From positions 1,408,001 to 1,472,000 of the forward strand of contig CAXXWQ010000004.1 of NCBI GenBank assembly GCA_963674945.2: 64,000 bases of DNA, written 5' to 3'. Positions 42,036 through 52,920 of this stretch are shown in pieces (position 1 is the stretch's first letter; each line of letters opens with the position of its first letter). Source of the stretch: an uncultured Desulfosarcina sp. (lineage in GTDB: Bacteria > Desulfobacterota > Desulfobacteria > Desulfobacterales > Desulfosarcinaceae). A program made the position numbers and the translations under genes. The notes beneath the pieces were generated by a model. The model was not told where the DNA came from and searched no databases. It was given only the letters and a program-made list of their open reading frames with translations.

Positions 42036-42689
42036 TGGGGTGTTCGTAACCTATCTGGCGGACTCTTTTTCCGCCATTGTCAGGGTCTGGAGTTCCGGCT
42101 CAATGGCATCAGCTGTGGTTCTGCAAAGGATCAAGAGAAAGAAAAGGCCCATCCACTTGAGATTAAAAAAAGAAGAAATATAAGTGCCGTTCATATTAAG
42201 CTCTCGTCATCTACTATAACTGAAGTGCCCTGATGGAGGGCAGCTTTGATTGGTTAGGCAAAACAATATCCCCATGTCTGTAAAATTATCGGTAACGGCG
42301 CAGACAGGATGACCTAAAACTACCAATAAAATATACGGGTTGCTGAGATCGCTTGTCGAGGGAAAAAATTGAGATCCAAAAGGCGCTATGAATCTGCCAG
42401 GGTGGCTGCTACCCATTTCCCGACCCCAATTCATTATTTCCGGTATAGAGATCGGCTTGGTATAGTATGGAAAGGGCAGGAATTTCTATAACTTGTTATA
42501 GCCGTATCATACTTCATGGTTTCTGAAACGTGCGTTTTACTGCTATGTAGGAAATAAAGTTACATTTCAGTAATATAGGCCACCTCATACAACATGTTGT
42601 GGCTCGCGTTTCCCGATAATATCAATGCTTAGTTCAGCGTATCTTTACTGGCAATCATGAATGGAGTGAAACCGGGAACCGGCATCACC

Positions 42690-42778
42690 CCTTAGCACGA
42701 TGGATAACCAGCATTCTCGCCGCTTGGTTTGTCCGACCTCGAAACTTTTCCAGTGCTGTATAGATCAATTCGATGATG
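42690..42778 (-). pseudogene. Fis-type HTH remnant
   Basis: translates IELIYTALEKFRGRTNQAARMLVIHRAK with no upstream domains. Confidence 0.4.
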
Positions 42779-44358
42779 CATTGCGGGAATAGATATTACG
42801 TTCGACAGTTTTACAGGTCATAGACGATTTTGCGATTCCGTGGCTTCAATATATACTTACGCTGATATTCGGTAATGTGTGTCTTTACAATGTGGGCAAA
42901 TCCGGATGTGGAATTTCAGCCTCAGGTCTGATGATCAGAAACATGAGAAGTATCGACGAATTGCTTTGAGGGATATATTTGGGTATGGTAATCAAGAAAA
43001 GGAGCAACCCCATGATCAAATCAATCCGTTTACTGTCGATATGGCTGTTGCTGCTGGCGCTGGCCGGCTGTGCCACACTCCCCGAAAACGTTGATCGGCC
43101 TTCGTCCAAGGCCTTCACCGATACCAGAGATACGGCTATCGGAAGCGCCATAGCCAAGGAAACATCCGACCATCCAGGCCAATCCGGTTTTTTGCTGTTG
43201 AAAAGCGGCCTGGACGCTTTTGTTGCCCGGGCGATGCTTGCCCGTTTTGCCGAACGCAGCATCGATGTGCAATATTACCTTTACCACGATGATCTGGTCG
43301 GGCGGTTGTTCACTGATCAACTGGTCCAGGCGGCCGACCGCGGTGTTCGTGTACGGTTGTTGGTGGACGACATGGACCTCAGCGGCCGCGACTTGGGTTT
43401 AGCCGTATTGGATGCGCATCCTAATATCGAGGTGCGCATATTCAACCCCTTCAGCCGCAAAGCAGGCCGCACATCCCAATTCATTACCCGATTTGGTTCG
43501 GTGACCCGCCGCATGCATAACAAGAGCTTTACCGTGGACAACCAGGCTACTATCTTGGGGGGGCGCAACATCGGCAATGAATACTTCGAAGCCGACCCGG
43601 ACCTGGCATTCGCCGATCTGGACGTCATGGGAATCGGGCCGGTGGCCCAAGAGGTTTCGGCTTCTTTCGACCTTTATTGGAACAGTGAGCTGGCCTATCC
43701 GGTTGGCGTTCTGCTGGGAAAACCGACGACACCAGAGGAAGTTTCAGGCAAGCTTCAGCAATTGCAGCACTTTGTCGCCGATCAAGCGGATTCGGAATAC
43801 CTCAGAGCACTTCGCAATTCATCCCTTGCGAAAAACATTCAAAACAATCAGGTGGATTTTTGGTGGGGCCGAGCCGGGGTGGTCTACGATCAGCCGGAAA
43901 AAATCATGCAGGATTTCGACCAGAATCAGTTACACCTGTCTTCGCAGCTCAAGCCTTATCTGGATGCCATAAAACGGGAACTGATCCTTTTTTCACCCTA
44001 TTTCGTGCCCGGCAAGGCGGGTACGAAATTCCTCACTGGGCTGGTCGAAAAAGGGATGCGGGTGCGCATTTTGACCAACTCCCTATCCTCCAATGACGTG
44101 GGTATCGTGCACGCCGGATATTCCAAATACCGTAAAGCCCTTCTGCGCGGCGGCGTCGAGCTCTATGAATTGAACAAAAAGCTGTCCCGCCAACAGCGCA
44201 AGGAAAAGAAGGGTGTCGGGGGATCATCAAAGGCCAGCCTGCATGCCAAGTCGTTTGTCTTTGACCGCCGACAGGTCTTCATCGGATCCCTCAATCTCGA
44301 CGCTCGTGCGTTGCTGCACAACACTGAAATCGGTGTCGTCATCGATCAATCCGATATT

Positions 44359-46814
44359 CAGAACACTGCATCTCCGGGAAAACTATGTGACACCTCCGGC
44401 ATGATTTGAGGTGCTGCAGCCATTTAGTTCGAATATCATTTGCAGCTCGGTACCGGGGTATTTTACCTGCGCACTGTTCAGATGCGCAAACAGTTGGCAA
44501 AGAGCCCGATTGGCCGCTGGGAACGAAGCGCCGTGCAATCGTATATTCAATTGCTGATTTTCAATATCGGGCAGTACATCGCCTTCGGTCTGGAACAGTG
44601 TCTGGAGAAGACTCCGTGCATCCGACGAGTTTACCGTCGGACCCGTGAGCAACCCAACCATTGCCGTCTCTGCACGATATGCAATCATACGAACCGTGTC
44701 CATCAGGCGTTTTCTGCCCGGTTGTAAACGTAAAAATTTATCTTTTGCTTCAAGTTCTCCCCACGTGATGTGTTTACTTGTCTGTTTTCGTTTTTCTTTC
44801 AACTCGCTGAGTTGATACTCCATCTTTTCGATTTCTTCTAACAGCTCGGCCTTTTTCTCTATCCACTTCTTAAACTTTACCGGTTTGTCTTCATTTTCAG
44901 GGTGAATGGTCATCTCGGCAAAACAGGCACGACGATATCGTAGCTTGTTCTGCAACGAATTACGGGATTGATTCAATTGCCGCCAAACGGGGTTGATTAC
45001 CCGTTCGGTATCAGGAAATTCAACGACACCATAATCTAAAAGCACATCGATATCAAAATGTTGCATCATATAGTTGAAAAAGTTTTCCTGACACCACCGG
45101 CTGAACATGCGTGCTGCCAATTGAGTATGCGGCAAATCGAAAGCGGTGCTGATTACGCTGGTCTGGTGTCCGGAATCGGTCAGTTTTCGCACTTGTCGCA
45201 TCCATGTTGCACCCTTACCAGATCCCACCAAACTACCCATTTCGCAAAGCCGCATCTTCACCACCTCTTTGTTTGGCATCGCAACTTCATACTCGGTGAA
45301 CCAATGCTCCGGCCATGATTCACCAGGATGCTTATGATACGTCATGCAGCCGATTCGATGGCGATCCCACATTTCCTTGAAGAATGCGGGACTATATCCT
45401 TCCCTGTCGAAAACAAGAACGAACCGGCATAAACATGGGTTCTCTTGTAGTTGCTGCAAACCGGGTTGATTCGGAACGTCTTGCAACAACCGGGGAACGA
45501 TATCGTCTCTTAAAACCGCCAATAATCCAGGATCGATCTGCTTTTCGACGACAAAAAAAGGTCGGCCAATCGCATCGTTAACCCAATAGTCGGTAATGCC
45601 CCTCATGCACAATCGTTCCCGGGACACGTAGCGGCGCGGTAGTCGGGTCAATTTTCCATGATAAACACGTACATGCCCGTCAACATAAAGCGCGCCAACC
45701 GATTCGGGCGCCTGTTCCATCCAGTATTTACCGAGGTATGCGGCCCACTTTTCCGCGCCGTGGTCTGCGCTCAACGCATCCATCTTGTAACGCAAACAGC
45801 GAACCTCCGGTGCACGATCCAAGCCCAATAACTTACCAAATTCTCCCGGAGCATGGCCTCGTATTTTTTCTGTCGTCTTGATCCTGCATAAGGCCATAAA
45901 CGAAAGCAGCAACAAGACATGAAAGATCGTGTAATAGCCTTTGACTTGGCCGAGGAACTGTTTTGCGCCGGTAAACAACCCGTTTGCCACCAATGACGGT
46001 ATCGCACAAAGAACGCCTGCTTTGGGAACGTCCAGGCATCTGTCAAAACGAACCGGCGCACCAACCATTTTGCCCAATGATGCCAATATGCGTTCCCCGA
46101 CTCGGTTGCAAGCCGTCCCCATACCATCGGCAGCAGCCATGTCGACCATGTCCCGATCTGATTTGGTTAGACACGGTTCACCAATCCTTGATTCGATTAA
46201 CCGACCATCATCTATAGCTTTGCGAAACGTATCGTATTTAATGCCAAGTTCCAGGGCGGCATCTTTTTTCGAGCACCCTTGATCCAGTAAACGTTGGGCT
46301 TGTTCAAGCACCTCAGGTTTGAAAACCTTGCCGCCGCGTCGTCCCCGCCGCTGAACGAAAAATGCCTCGGCGCCGCCGGACCTGAGTTTGTTCACGGATC
46401 GGATGACATTGCTCTTGGATACGCCGAATGTGTTTTGGATATCGATCTGGCGGCAAGCTCCGGATTCAACCAGTTGGGCTGTTATCATCCGAAACATTCG
46501 TTGATCGCCTTGTCTGTGAGAATAAATCGGAACGGTCGATAGAAAATAGGTCCAGGTCGTATCGTCACGAAATACACTGACAAGCCCGTTGATTTGTCTT
46601 GCACCGCGAGGAATAAGTGGTAGTATCTGTTGAGGCATGGCATCCTTTTCCTTTCATTTATCCGCCAAGATAATAAGGTTAAAGGTGCCATGTTCATTTT
46701 CCGGTTGCAATACCTTACCGGCCTGCTGGATTCAGACTCCTATCTTTCTGTTTTTCAACCACTTACATTATGTTTTGCTTGCCATATGCAACAATTAGGA
46801 AATCAAGTTTCCTG
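44359..46814 (-). mobile_element. 2456-bp insertion sequence, family not recognised
   Basis: 5-bp direct repeat ATATT (44354-58, 46815-19); imperfect ends CAGAACACTGCATCTCC / CAGGAAACTTGATTTCC. Confidence 0.88.
44383..46638 (-). CDS. putative DDE transposase (751 aa)
   Basis: N-terminal HTHs; YVDGH, VFDREG and RWCQENFF as candidate D-D-E; fills the element. Confidence 0.8.
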   Translation of the reverse strand: MPQQILPLIPRGARQINGLVSVFRDDTTWTYFLSTVPIYSHRQGDQRMFRMITAQLVESGACRQIDIQNTFGVSKSNVIRSVNKLRSGGAEAFFVQRRGRRGGKVFKPEVLEQAQRLLDQGCSKKDAALELGIKYDTFRKAIDDGRLIESRIGEPCLTKSDRDMVDMAAADGMGTACNRVGERILASLGKMVGAPVRFDRCLDVPKAGVLCAIPSLVANGLFTGAKQFLGQVKGYYTIFHVLLLLSFMALCRIKTTEKIRGHAPGEFGKLLGLDRAPEVRCLRYKMDALSADHGAEKWAAYLGKYWMEQAPESVGALYVDGHVRVYHGKLTRLPRRYVSRERLCMRGITDYWVNDAIGRPFFVVEKQIDPGLLAVLRDDIVPRLLQDVPNQPGLQQLQENPCLCRFVLVFDREGYSPAFFKEMWDRHRIGCMTYHKHPGESWPEHWFTEYEVAMPNKEVVKMRLCEMGSLVGSGKGATWMRQVRKLTDSGHQTSVISTAFDLPHTQLAARMFSRWCQENFFNYMMQHFDIDVLLDYGVVEFPDTERVINPVWRQLNQSRNSLQNKLRYRRACFAEMTIHPENEDKPVKFKKWIEKKAELLEEIEKMEYQLSELKEKRKQTSKHITWGELEAKDKFLRLQPGRKRLMDTVRMIAYRAETAMVGLLTGPTVNSSDARSLLQTLFQTEGDVLPDIENQQLNIRLHGASFPAANRALCQLFAHLNSAQVKYPGTELQMIFELNGCSTSNHAGGVT

Positions 46815-47290
46815 ATATTGCGGAGGGAATGGGTGCCTGGTTCGACCAAAGCATCGAAAGTGTCGCTTTTCGACTGGAACTGGTAAAAAACGACAACGGA
46901 ACAGAATCGATTCGCTGGCGCGGGGTGGTGGACGAAGAGCCGGAAACCTTTGACGTGGATCCGTATACCGGGTTCTGGCGGCGTTTAGGGATCAGCATTA
47001 TGCGCATTCTGCCCATCGAATCCCAGCTCTGAACGGCAATTCTCCATTCAACCCAATGGATGCGCACTCACTGCCAGGTCTTGATTCAACTTTTCCGTCG
47101 CCTATAGCATCCTTTATTTCCTCACTGCCCAAAATGGGCACCAAAGGTATTGACATAAATTTGGCTGATTAATAGCAATAGTTATCAGTCGACAGTCGAA
47201 TTTCGCACCTCGCGCCTCGCACTTTGCATCCCACATTTCGCAATATAGCAACCATTCAATTTAGTAACAATTTAAGAATGTGATTAAGCG

Positions 47291-47794
47291 ATGAAAAGCG
47301 AAAAGAGTAGGGAAGACAACCAACATCAAATCTTTGACTTACAGCTTTACAATCAACATAAAAATTTGGTGGCGATCATCATGGCCCGCTTTTTCCTTCG
47401 CTATCTCAACCTCCTATACAGGGAGTTTGAAGGTGATCTCGTGTTGCCAATCGTGCTGGGTGAGATCGCTCATCATAATATAATTCGACTTTATTCCCTC
47501 AAGGACGACTGCATAGAAATCAATAAGCAAACGGTGGATTATCCAGAGCGGATGAAGCTCCTTGCGCCCACGAACGCTTATTCCATAAGCCAGGCAACGG
47601 GCATCCCCAGGGAAACAGTAAGAAGAAAAATCCACAAACTTCAAAAAAAAGGGTGGGTAGTCAAAAACGATCAGGGAGAAGTTACCCTATCTGAAACGGT
47701 CAGCGATCATTTCACCAAAGACTTGAATAAAAAAATACTTGCCGAGCTTTTAAAGGCGAGTGAATGCATTCGGAATCTTTTAAAACCCGCCTAA
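47291..47794 (+). CDS. winged-helix transcriptional regulator
   Basis: SISQATGIPRETVRRKIHKLQKKGWV wHTH; heads the redox operon. Confidence 0.75.
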   Translation: MKSEKSREDNQHQIFDLQLYNQHKNLVAIIMARFFLRYLNLLYREFEGDLVLPIVLGEIAHHNIIRLYSLKDDCIEINKQTVDYPERMKLLAPTNAYSISQATGIPRETVRRKIHKLQKKGWVVKNDQGEVTLSETVSDHFTKDLNKKILAELLKASECIRNLLKPA

Positions 47795-47811
47795 AACCCA
47801 GGACCAACGAC

Positions 47812-48495
47812 ATGAATGAAGACAAACCAGGAACATCAGGGAAAATCAGTCGCCGGCAGTTTTTAATCGGTTCAAGCGCACTCGGTGCAGCGGTTTTCCT
47901 GCCGGGAACACTGCTGGCGATCCCCAACACGATCGCCGATTCAAAAGGGTTTCTCGTCGTCGATCTGAAAAAGTGCCAGGGCTGCGGCACCTGCATGATG
48001 GCATGCGCGCTGGCGCATTCCGGAATGGCCTCCTACAACCTATCGCGCATTCAAATCCAGCAGGATTCATTTGCAGACTGGCCCGATGACGTGTCGATGG
48101 GAATATGCCGCCAATGCCAGGATGCTCCTTGTGTGGCGGTGTGTCCCGTGAGACCGATACGGGCAAACAAGCCGAACCCCAAGCAGGGCAACGTTCGCAT
48201 GATCGACCCGGCACTTTGCATCGGATGCAAAATGTGTCTTGTCCGCTGTCCGTTCACGCCGAGCCGCATTCAGTGGAATCCCTATTTGCAAAAGTCACAA
48301 AAGTGCGATCTGTGTGTGGACACGCCCTACCTGGAAGAAAAAGGCGGCCCCGGAGGCACGCAGGCCTGTGTCAAGGTATGTCCGGTAAACGCGATCAGCT
48401 ATATAACCAAGATGCCCGATCAAGGCAGCGATGAATCGTATAATGTCAACCTCCGAGGCCGCGCTTGGTCGAAACTCGGAATGACCACCAAGTGA
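47812..48495 (+). CDS. Tat-signal 4Fe-4S ferredoxin subunit (YdhY/DmsB-like)
   Basis: ISRRQFL twin arginine; CQGCGTCMMAC, CRQC...CVAVCP, CIGCKMCLVRCP, CDLC...CVKVCP. Confidence 0.9.
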   Translation: MNEDKPGTSGKISRRQFLIGSSALGAAVFLPGTLLAIPNTIADSKGFLVVDLKKCQGCGTCMMACALAHSGMASYNLSRIQIQQDSFADWPDDVSMGICRQCQDAPCVAVCPVRPIRANKPNPKQGNVRMIDPALCIGCKMCLVRCPFTPSRIQWNPYLQKSQKCDLCVDTPYLEEKGGPGGTQACVKVCPVNAISYITKMPDQGSDESYNVNLRGRAWSKLGMTTK

Positions 48496-48505
48496 GGACG
48501 ATTTT

Positions 48506-50650
48506 ATGACACGCTACGGTTACGCCGGGAAGATACTACGGCTGGACATGACCAACAGGAAAGCAATCGCCATTGATACCGAACCGTATCGACGATGGGG
48601 CGGCGGGCACGGCATGGGCTCCGCGCTTTTTTGGGATTTCTGCAAGGACAAGACCATCACGGACGGCCGCCACCCAGCCAATGTCTGTTGCGTCGTGACC
48701 TCTCCCCTCTGCGGGACGATCGTACCGTCAGCGGGTGGACGATGCGAGGTGGTCGGCGTCGGCGTTGGCCAGTACCCCCTCTCCTGGTTCACCCGCACAA
48801 ACTTCGGTGGTCGATTTTCTACTATGCTCAAATATGCCGGGTGGGATGCGATTGTAATTGAAGGCAAGGCAGACAGCCCCGTCTGGGTCGACATCCGCAA
48901 CGAGCAGGTGATCTTCCATGATGCCCAAAACCTGTGGGGCAAGGATACGTGGGCCACACAACTATCGATTCGAGACCTCATCAAAATTAGTCGTGGAACG
49001 AAAACCCATTGGCAGGACATTCGGGCATTATCTTTGGCCAAATCCGATGAATCATCAGGAGAGGATCTCGGCAGGACGACCCAGAAGCCGGCGATCCTTT
49101 GCATCGGACTTGCGGGAGAAAACCAAACCTGCCACGCCGCCTTGATCCATGATGCCGGAAACGGGGCAGGTCAGGGAGGACTCGGGGCGGTATGGGGATC
49201 GAAGAATCTGAAAGCCATCTCTGTTCTGGGCACCGGCGGAATTAATGTTTACGATCCCAAGACCCTGCTTAAAGCCCGCATGATCACCAAAGAAAAATAT
49301 GTCACCAACTGGCAGGCGCCCGACTTTCAAGCCTGGACCCGCATCGGCGGGCTGCCTAAACCGATCGTCCAAGCCGCCATGCCGACCGATGAGCGCCGCC
49401 CCCAGTCCTGCCAGGGGTGTATCAACGGATGCCGGTCGCGCTACAACGTGGGCTATGGCAATGAGTCCGCCTGCCAGGAAACCTTCTGGTACGGGCCTTA
49501 CGTCCGCAAAGTCGCGAAAAGTCGTGCCGAGGATACCGAAATCAATCTCAAGGGAGCCGATATCGTGCAGCGCTACGGCCTCAATTCCTTTGTGCTTCAG
49601 CCCGGCCTGCATTGGCTCGAACACCTTTACGAAGAAGGCGTCCTCGGTCCAGGGCGGTCAATCCCTTCCGATCTTCCTTGGGAATCCATCGGGACGCTGG
49701 ATTTTGCGGAAAAAATCGTCCATGCCTTGTCGACGCGTAAAGACATCGGCGCGGATCTGGCCGATGGCTGGGTGCAGGCAGCCCTGAAATGGGGACGGGA
49801 GGAAGATCTTCACACTGGCGCGCTCCAGTTTTCGTATTGGGGTGTTCCGGAGCATGGTTACGATCCCCGTGCCGAGCTCGAGTGGGGCTACGGCAGCCTC
49901 ATGGGGGACCGCGATACCAACACCCACTGCTTCAACTATATCTTTACCAATGTCAGTGCGGCGTTTGCCTTCGGCAAACCCCTGCGCATCGGGGCGGAAG
50001 AAATGGCCAAACTGCATGCCAAGAAGATGTCTCCCTATGCAAAAGACCGGCCCGAGGTGCTCGATTACAGCGACGCCAACATGTACTCGGAAGCGGTTGC
50101 GCAGACCGTCCGCTGGCAGCAGCACTACTGCCGGTTCTATAAAAATTCCGCGTTGTACTGTGATTTAAAATGGCCTGATTTCCTCAATACCAACGTGCCG
50201 GATCTTGAAGGGGCCACAGCGTCGTCGGACGCCGGAGAGCATGTGTTCTGGAATGCGGTCACCGGCGATACCCTCAGCTTTGAAGACGGTATTGAAATCG
50301 GGCGCCGGATCTGGAACCTGGACAACGCCATCTGGGTACTCCAGGGAAGACACCGCGAAATGGTGCATTTCGCACCGTATATCTACAAAACCGTATACAA
50401 CAAGGGCGAAGTGTTTCCCTTCTTCATGTGGACCTGTCGGGATGACAATGGGAAATGGCATTACAAGGATCTGATGGGCCGTTCACTGGATAGGGCTAAA
50501 GTCGATGAATGGAAAACCATCTTTTATCAGCTCGAAGGTTGGGATATCAAGACGGGCTGGCCCAAACGCAGCACGCTCGAAAAAATGGACATGGGTTTTG
50601 TGGCGGATGCGCTCGAGGCAGCCGGTAGATTGGGGGAGGAAGCATCGTGA
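48506..50650 (+). CDS. aldehyde:ferredoxin oxidoreductase family (W/Mo-bispterin) enzyme, YdhV-like
   Basis: YGYAGKILRLD, GGRFSTMLKYAGWDAIVIEGKA, GAVWGSKNLKAI, CQGCINGC, GWD..TGWP; no signal peptide. Confidence 0.88.
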   Translation: MTRYGYAGKILRLDMTNRKAIAIDTEPYRRWGGGHGMGSALFWDFCKDKTITDGRHPANVCCVVTSPLCGTIVPSAGGRCEVVGVGVGQYPLSWFTRTNFGGRFSTMLKYAGWDAIVIEGKADSPVWVDIRNEQVIFHDAQNLWGKDTWATQLSIRDLIKISRGTKTHWQDIRALSLAKSDESSGEDLGRTTQKPAILCIGLAGENQTCHAALIHDAGNGAGQGGLGAVWGSKNLKAISVLGTGGINVYDPKTLLKARMITKEKYVTNWQAPDFQAWTRIGGLPKPIVQAAMPTDERRPQSCQGCINGCRSRYNVGYGNESACQETFWYGPYVRKVAKSRAEDTEINLKGADIVQRYGLNSFVLQPGLHWLEHLYEEGVLGPGRSIPSDLPWESIGTLDFAEKIVHALSTRKDIGADLADGWVQAALKWGREEDLHTGALQFSYWGVPEHGYDPRAELEWGYGSLMGDRDTNTHCFNYIFTNVSAAFAFGKPLRIGAEEMAKLHAKKMSPYAKDRPEVLDYSDANMYSEAVAQTVRWQQHYCRFYKNSALYCDLKWPDFLNTNVPDLEGATASSDAGEHVFWNAVTGDTLSFEDGIEIGRRIWNLDNAIWVLQGRHREMVHFAPYIYKTVYNKGEVFPFFMWTCRDDNGKWHYKDLMGRSLDRAKVDEWKTIFYQLEGWDIKTGWPKRSTLEKMDMGFVADALEAAGRLGEEAS

Positions 50651-51012
50651 ACTATTCTTTGTCACAGCCCAGCGAGACCATATCCCGTAAGATCCTCAGT
50701 CCCGTCCCCTTTAAGGCGCGCTTTCCCGCCGGCCGCCTGAAACCGCCCGTGGGAATCATGCCTGGCGATGTGCGCAGTCTTCCGGAATTGCACCTTTTTC
50801 TTGAGCCGGACAACGCCTCTCTTCCCGGTATCAACTTGAAGGCCCTTCCAGAATGGATTGAAGTGAGCATCGGCGACAAGGAGCTGGCAGAAGCAATTCG
50901 GGCCATTGTCGACACAACGGTGAATTACGTCGAGGATTGCTTGAGAGTCCACGAAGTGGTGAGGTATCGACTGGATCAGGCACATGAGATCATTAAGGAG
51001 ACCAAGGTATGA
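50647..51012 (+). CDS. hypothetical protein in AOR operon
   Basis: GTG overlaps AOR stop; its stop overlaps next start. Confidence 0.6.
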   Translation: MNYSLSQPSETISRKILSPVPFKARFPAGRLKPPVGIMPGDVRSLPELHLFLEPDNASLPGINLKALPEWIEVSIGDKELAEAIRAIVDTTVNYVEDCLRVHEVVRYRLDQAHEIIKETKV

Positions 51013-51998
51013 AGATCTTGCTCGCGGCGCTATTCTGCCAGCTTGTATTTTGTAGTCACCTGGCTTCGGCCCAACAGACAGAAATCAACGGTGCCGTTGC
51101 CTATACCGAAACAATGCAGTTTGATTACAGGAAGGACGGGATCCGGAACCGGGTGCAGTTCTGGCTCGAATTCAGGGGCCGCCCTACTTTGGGAAAGCCC
51201 GGGGAATCGGGCTACAACCCCGAATCCGGTTCCATTTACTACTATCTTGTCGACCTTGATAACAAGAAAACGGTCGAAAACTGGCTCATGGGGTTCAGTA
51301 TGATGGAAGGGCCGCCGCCCAAAGGCCCCTATCCCATGACTGGCATCGAAATCCGCGGAAACATGGCCACGTTTACGGCTTTCGGCATGAAGTGGACCGT
51401 TATCGACGGTGGAGAGGGCTTTGCCAAGGATACGGTGAAGATCGATGACGGATTTAGGGTAAAACAAATGACGCTCTATGGCGGCGATTTTAAAATTGTC
51501 GATACCGAAATAGAAGCGCACGCCGCCTATCAGGATTGCGTGAAGTGTCATGAAGGGCAGACCATGGCGATGCGGACCAAGGGGGGCCAGCACAACACAG
51601 TGGGATGCGGCGACTGCCACGTCGGTCACCCACCGGAAGTAAAAAAGCCTTACACCGCATGTATGGAATGCCACGAAGCGCATTCGGACCAAATGGCCGA
51701 AGATGCCTGCGGTCAGTGTCATCAGGCGCATATGGCCACTGAAGTCACCTATGCGTTCAACGTTCCGTCAGCATACTGTGTCGCATGTCATCAGGATGCG
51801 TTGGATGAACTGGCGGCGAGCCAGAGCAAACACAGCGACATTGCCTGCGCACTCTGCCATCAGGAACGGCACGGGGCATCAACCACCTGCCAATACTGCC
51901 ATGGCGGAATCCACCCGGCGCATGTGATGAAGAAAAGCGATATTTGCGCGGCGTGTCACCATACGGCCCATGAATTGGAAAGTGCGCGGACGAAATGA
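51009..51998 (+). CDS. octaheme cytochrome c with non-heme N-terminal domain
   Basis: signal peptide; eight CxxCH motifs, all in the C-terminal half. Confidence 0.9.
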   Translation: MKILLAALFCQLVFCSHLASAQQTEINGAVAYTETMQFDYRKDGIRNRVQFWLEFRGRPTLGKPGESGYNPESGSIYYYLVDLDNKKTVENWLMGFSMMEGPPPKGPYPMTGIEIRGNMATFTAFGMKWTVIDGGEGFAKDTVKIDDGFRVKQMTLYGGDFKIVDTEIEAHAAYQDCVKCHEGQTMAMRTKGGQHNTVGCGDCHVGHPPEVKKPYTACMECHEAHSDQMAEDACGQCHQAHMATEVTYAFNVPSAYCVACHQDALDELAASQSKHSDIACALCHQERHGASTTCQYCHGGIHPAHVMKKSDICAACHHTAHELESARTK

Positions 51999-52075
51999 GA
52001 GAACCCGGCAATCGGCTGTAAAAGCGAAAAGAGTGATAAAAAACCTTCGCACGTGAAGGAAAGGAGAATACCAAT

Positions 52076-52897
52076 ATGGGTCAAGAAAAAACCCAAACCA
52101 ACCCCTCCCGTCGGCGACTGTTGAAAAGCGCGGGAGCTTTGCTGACAGGCGGATTGATCGGCTGTGCGTCCATGAATTTTTCTGCGTCATCGAAAAAAAC
52201 ACCGGACCCAGCACCGGCCTTACCATGGCCGTGGCATAAGATCGAACCCATGGAAGCCGGTTCACGTGCGTACCATATCTATCTTGAGGCTAAAGGTTGA
52301 GGCAACGGGGCCTGGCTGGGGGTCCTCGGCCTTTTGAAAGATTCGGTGGGTTATCCCTGGACGACCATGCCGGACTATATGTACAGTCATTTGTCAGCCG
52401 GATACGGAGGGCAGGGGACCCTTTGCGGTGCGCTGGGTGTCGCCTCCCAATATTTTAGTATGGTTGCCTATGACCAGGAGGAAACACACGTCAAAATGAT
52501 TGATGAATTGTTTCAATGGTACAGCCGCACCGACTTTCCCACGCAGCGATTCGACGATATTTGCCATTTTCCCAATCAGGTGAAGCGAAACGCAAAAACC
52601 CCGCTGTGCCACGTGTCCGTTTCCCAGTGGACCCTGGCCGCCGGAGCCACAGTGACCTCCAAAGAAAAAAAAGATCGCTGTGCCAAAGTGACCGGAGAAG
52701 TGGTCTATCAGATGGTGTCGATGCTCAACCTTTATGCAGAGGGACAATACCAACCCCATCGATACCCGTTTGAGGAGGAGAATCAGAGTTGCCTTATCTG
52801 CCACGGTGTGGCTGACATGTGGCACAACAAGGACGGCATGAACAACCAGCAGGGTAAAATGGCATGTATTCATTGCCACCAGGCGCTTTACAAATAG
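52076..52897 (+). CDS. split-Soret cytochrome c / C-GCAxxG-C-C family selenoprotein (Sec at codon 75)
   Basis: two ORF-track pieces in one frame joined by a single TGA (52298-52300); SRRRLLK Tat motif, TLCGALG, PLCH, DRCAK, two CxxCH. Confidence 0.82.
52301..52331 (+). promoter_or_regulatory. candidate bacterial SECIS hairpin
   Basis: GGC-aac-GGGGCC-tggctggg-GGTCCT-cg-GCC directly 3' of the UGA. Confidence 0.5.
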
Positions 52898-52920
52898 TAT
52901 TCATCGATAAGGCCGCAAAC

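Larger units (their letters stand above)
43012..47032 (+). pseudogene. phospholipase D family lipoprotein (ClsC/YmdC-like) interrupted by an IS
   Basis: LAGC lipobox, two HKD motifs; removing 44359-46819 restores ...IDQSD-IAEGMGAW...LPIESQL in frame. Confidence 0.88.

Noticed and set aside
52076..52300. Standalone 74-aa gene or nonsense pseudogene
   Set aside because: TGA falls at the expected Cys position of the family motif and the frame continues intact; recoding is more parsimonious
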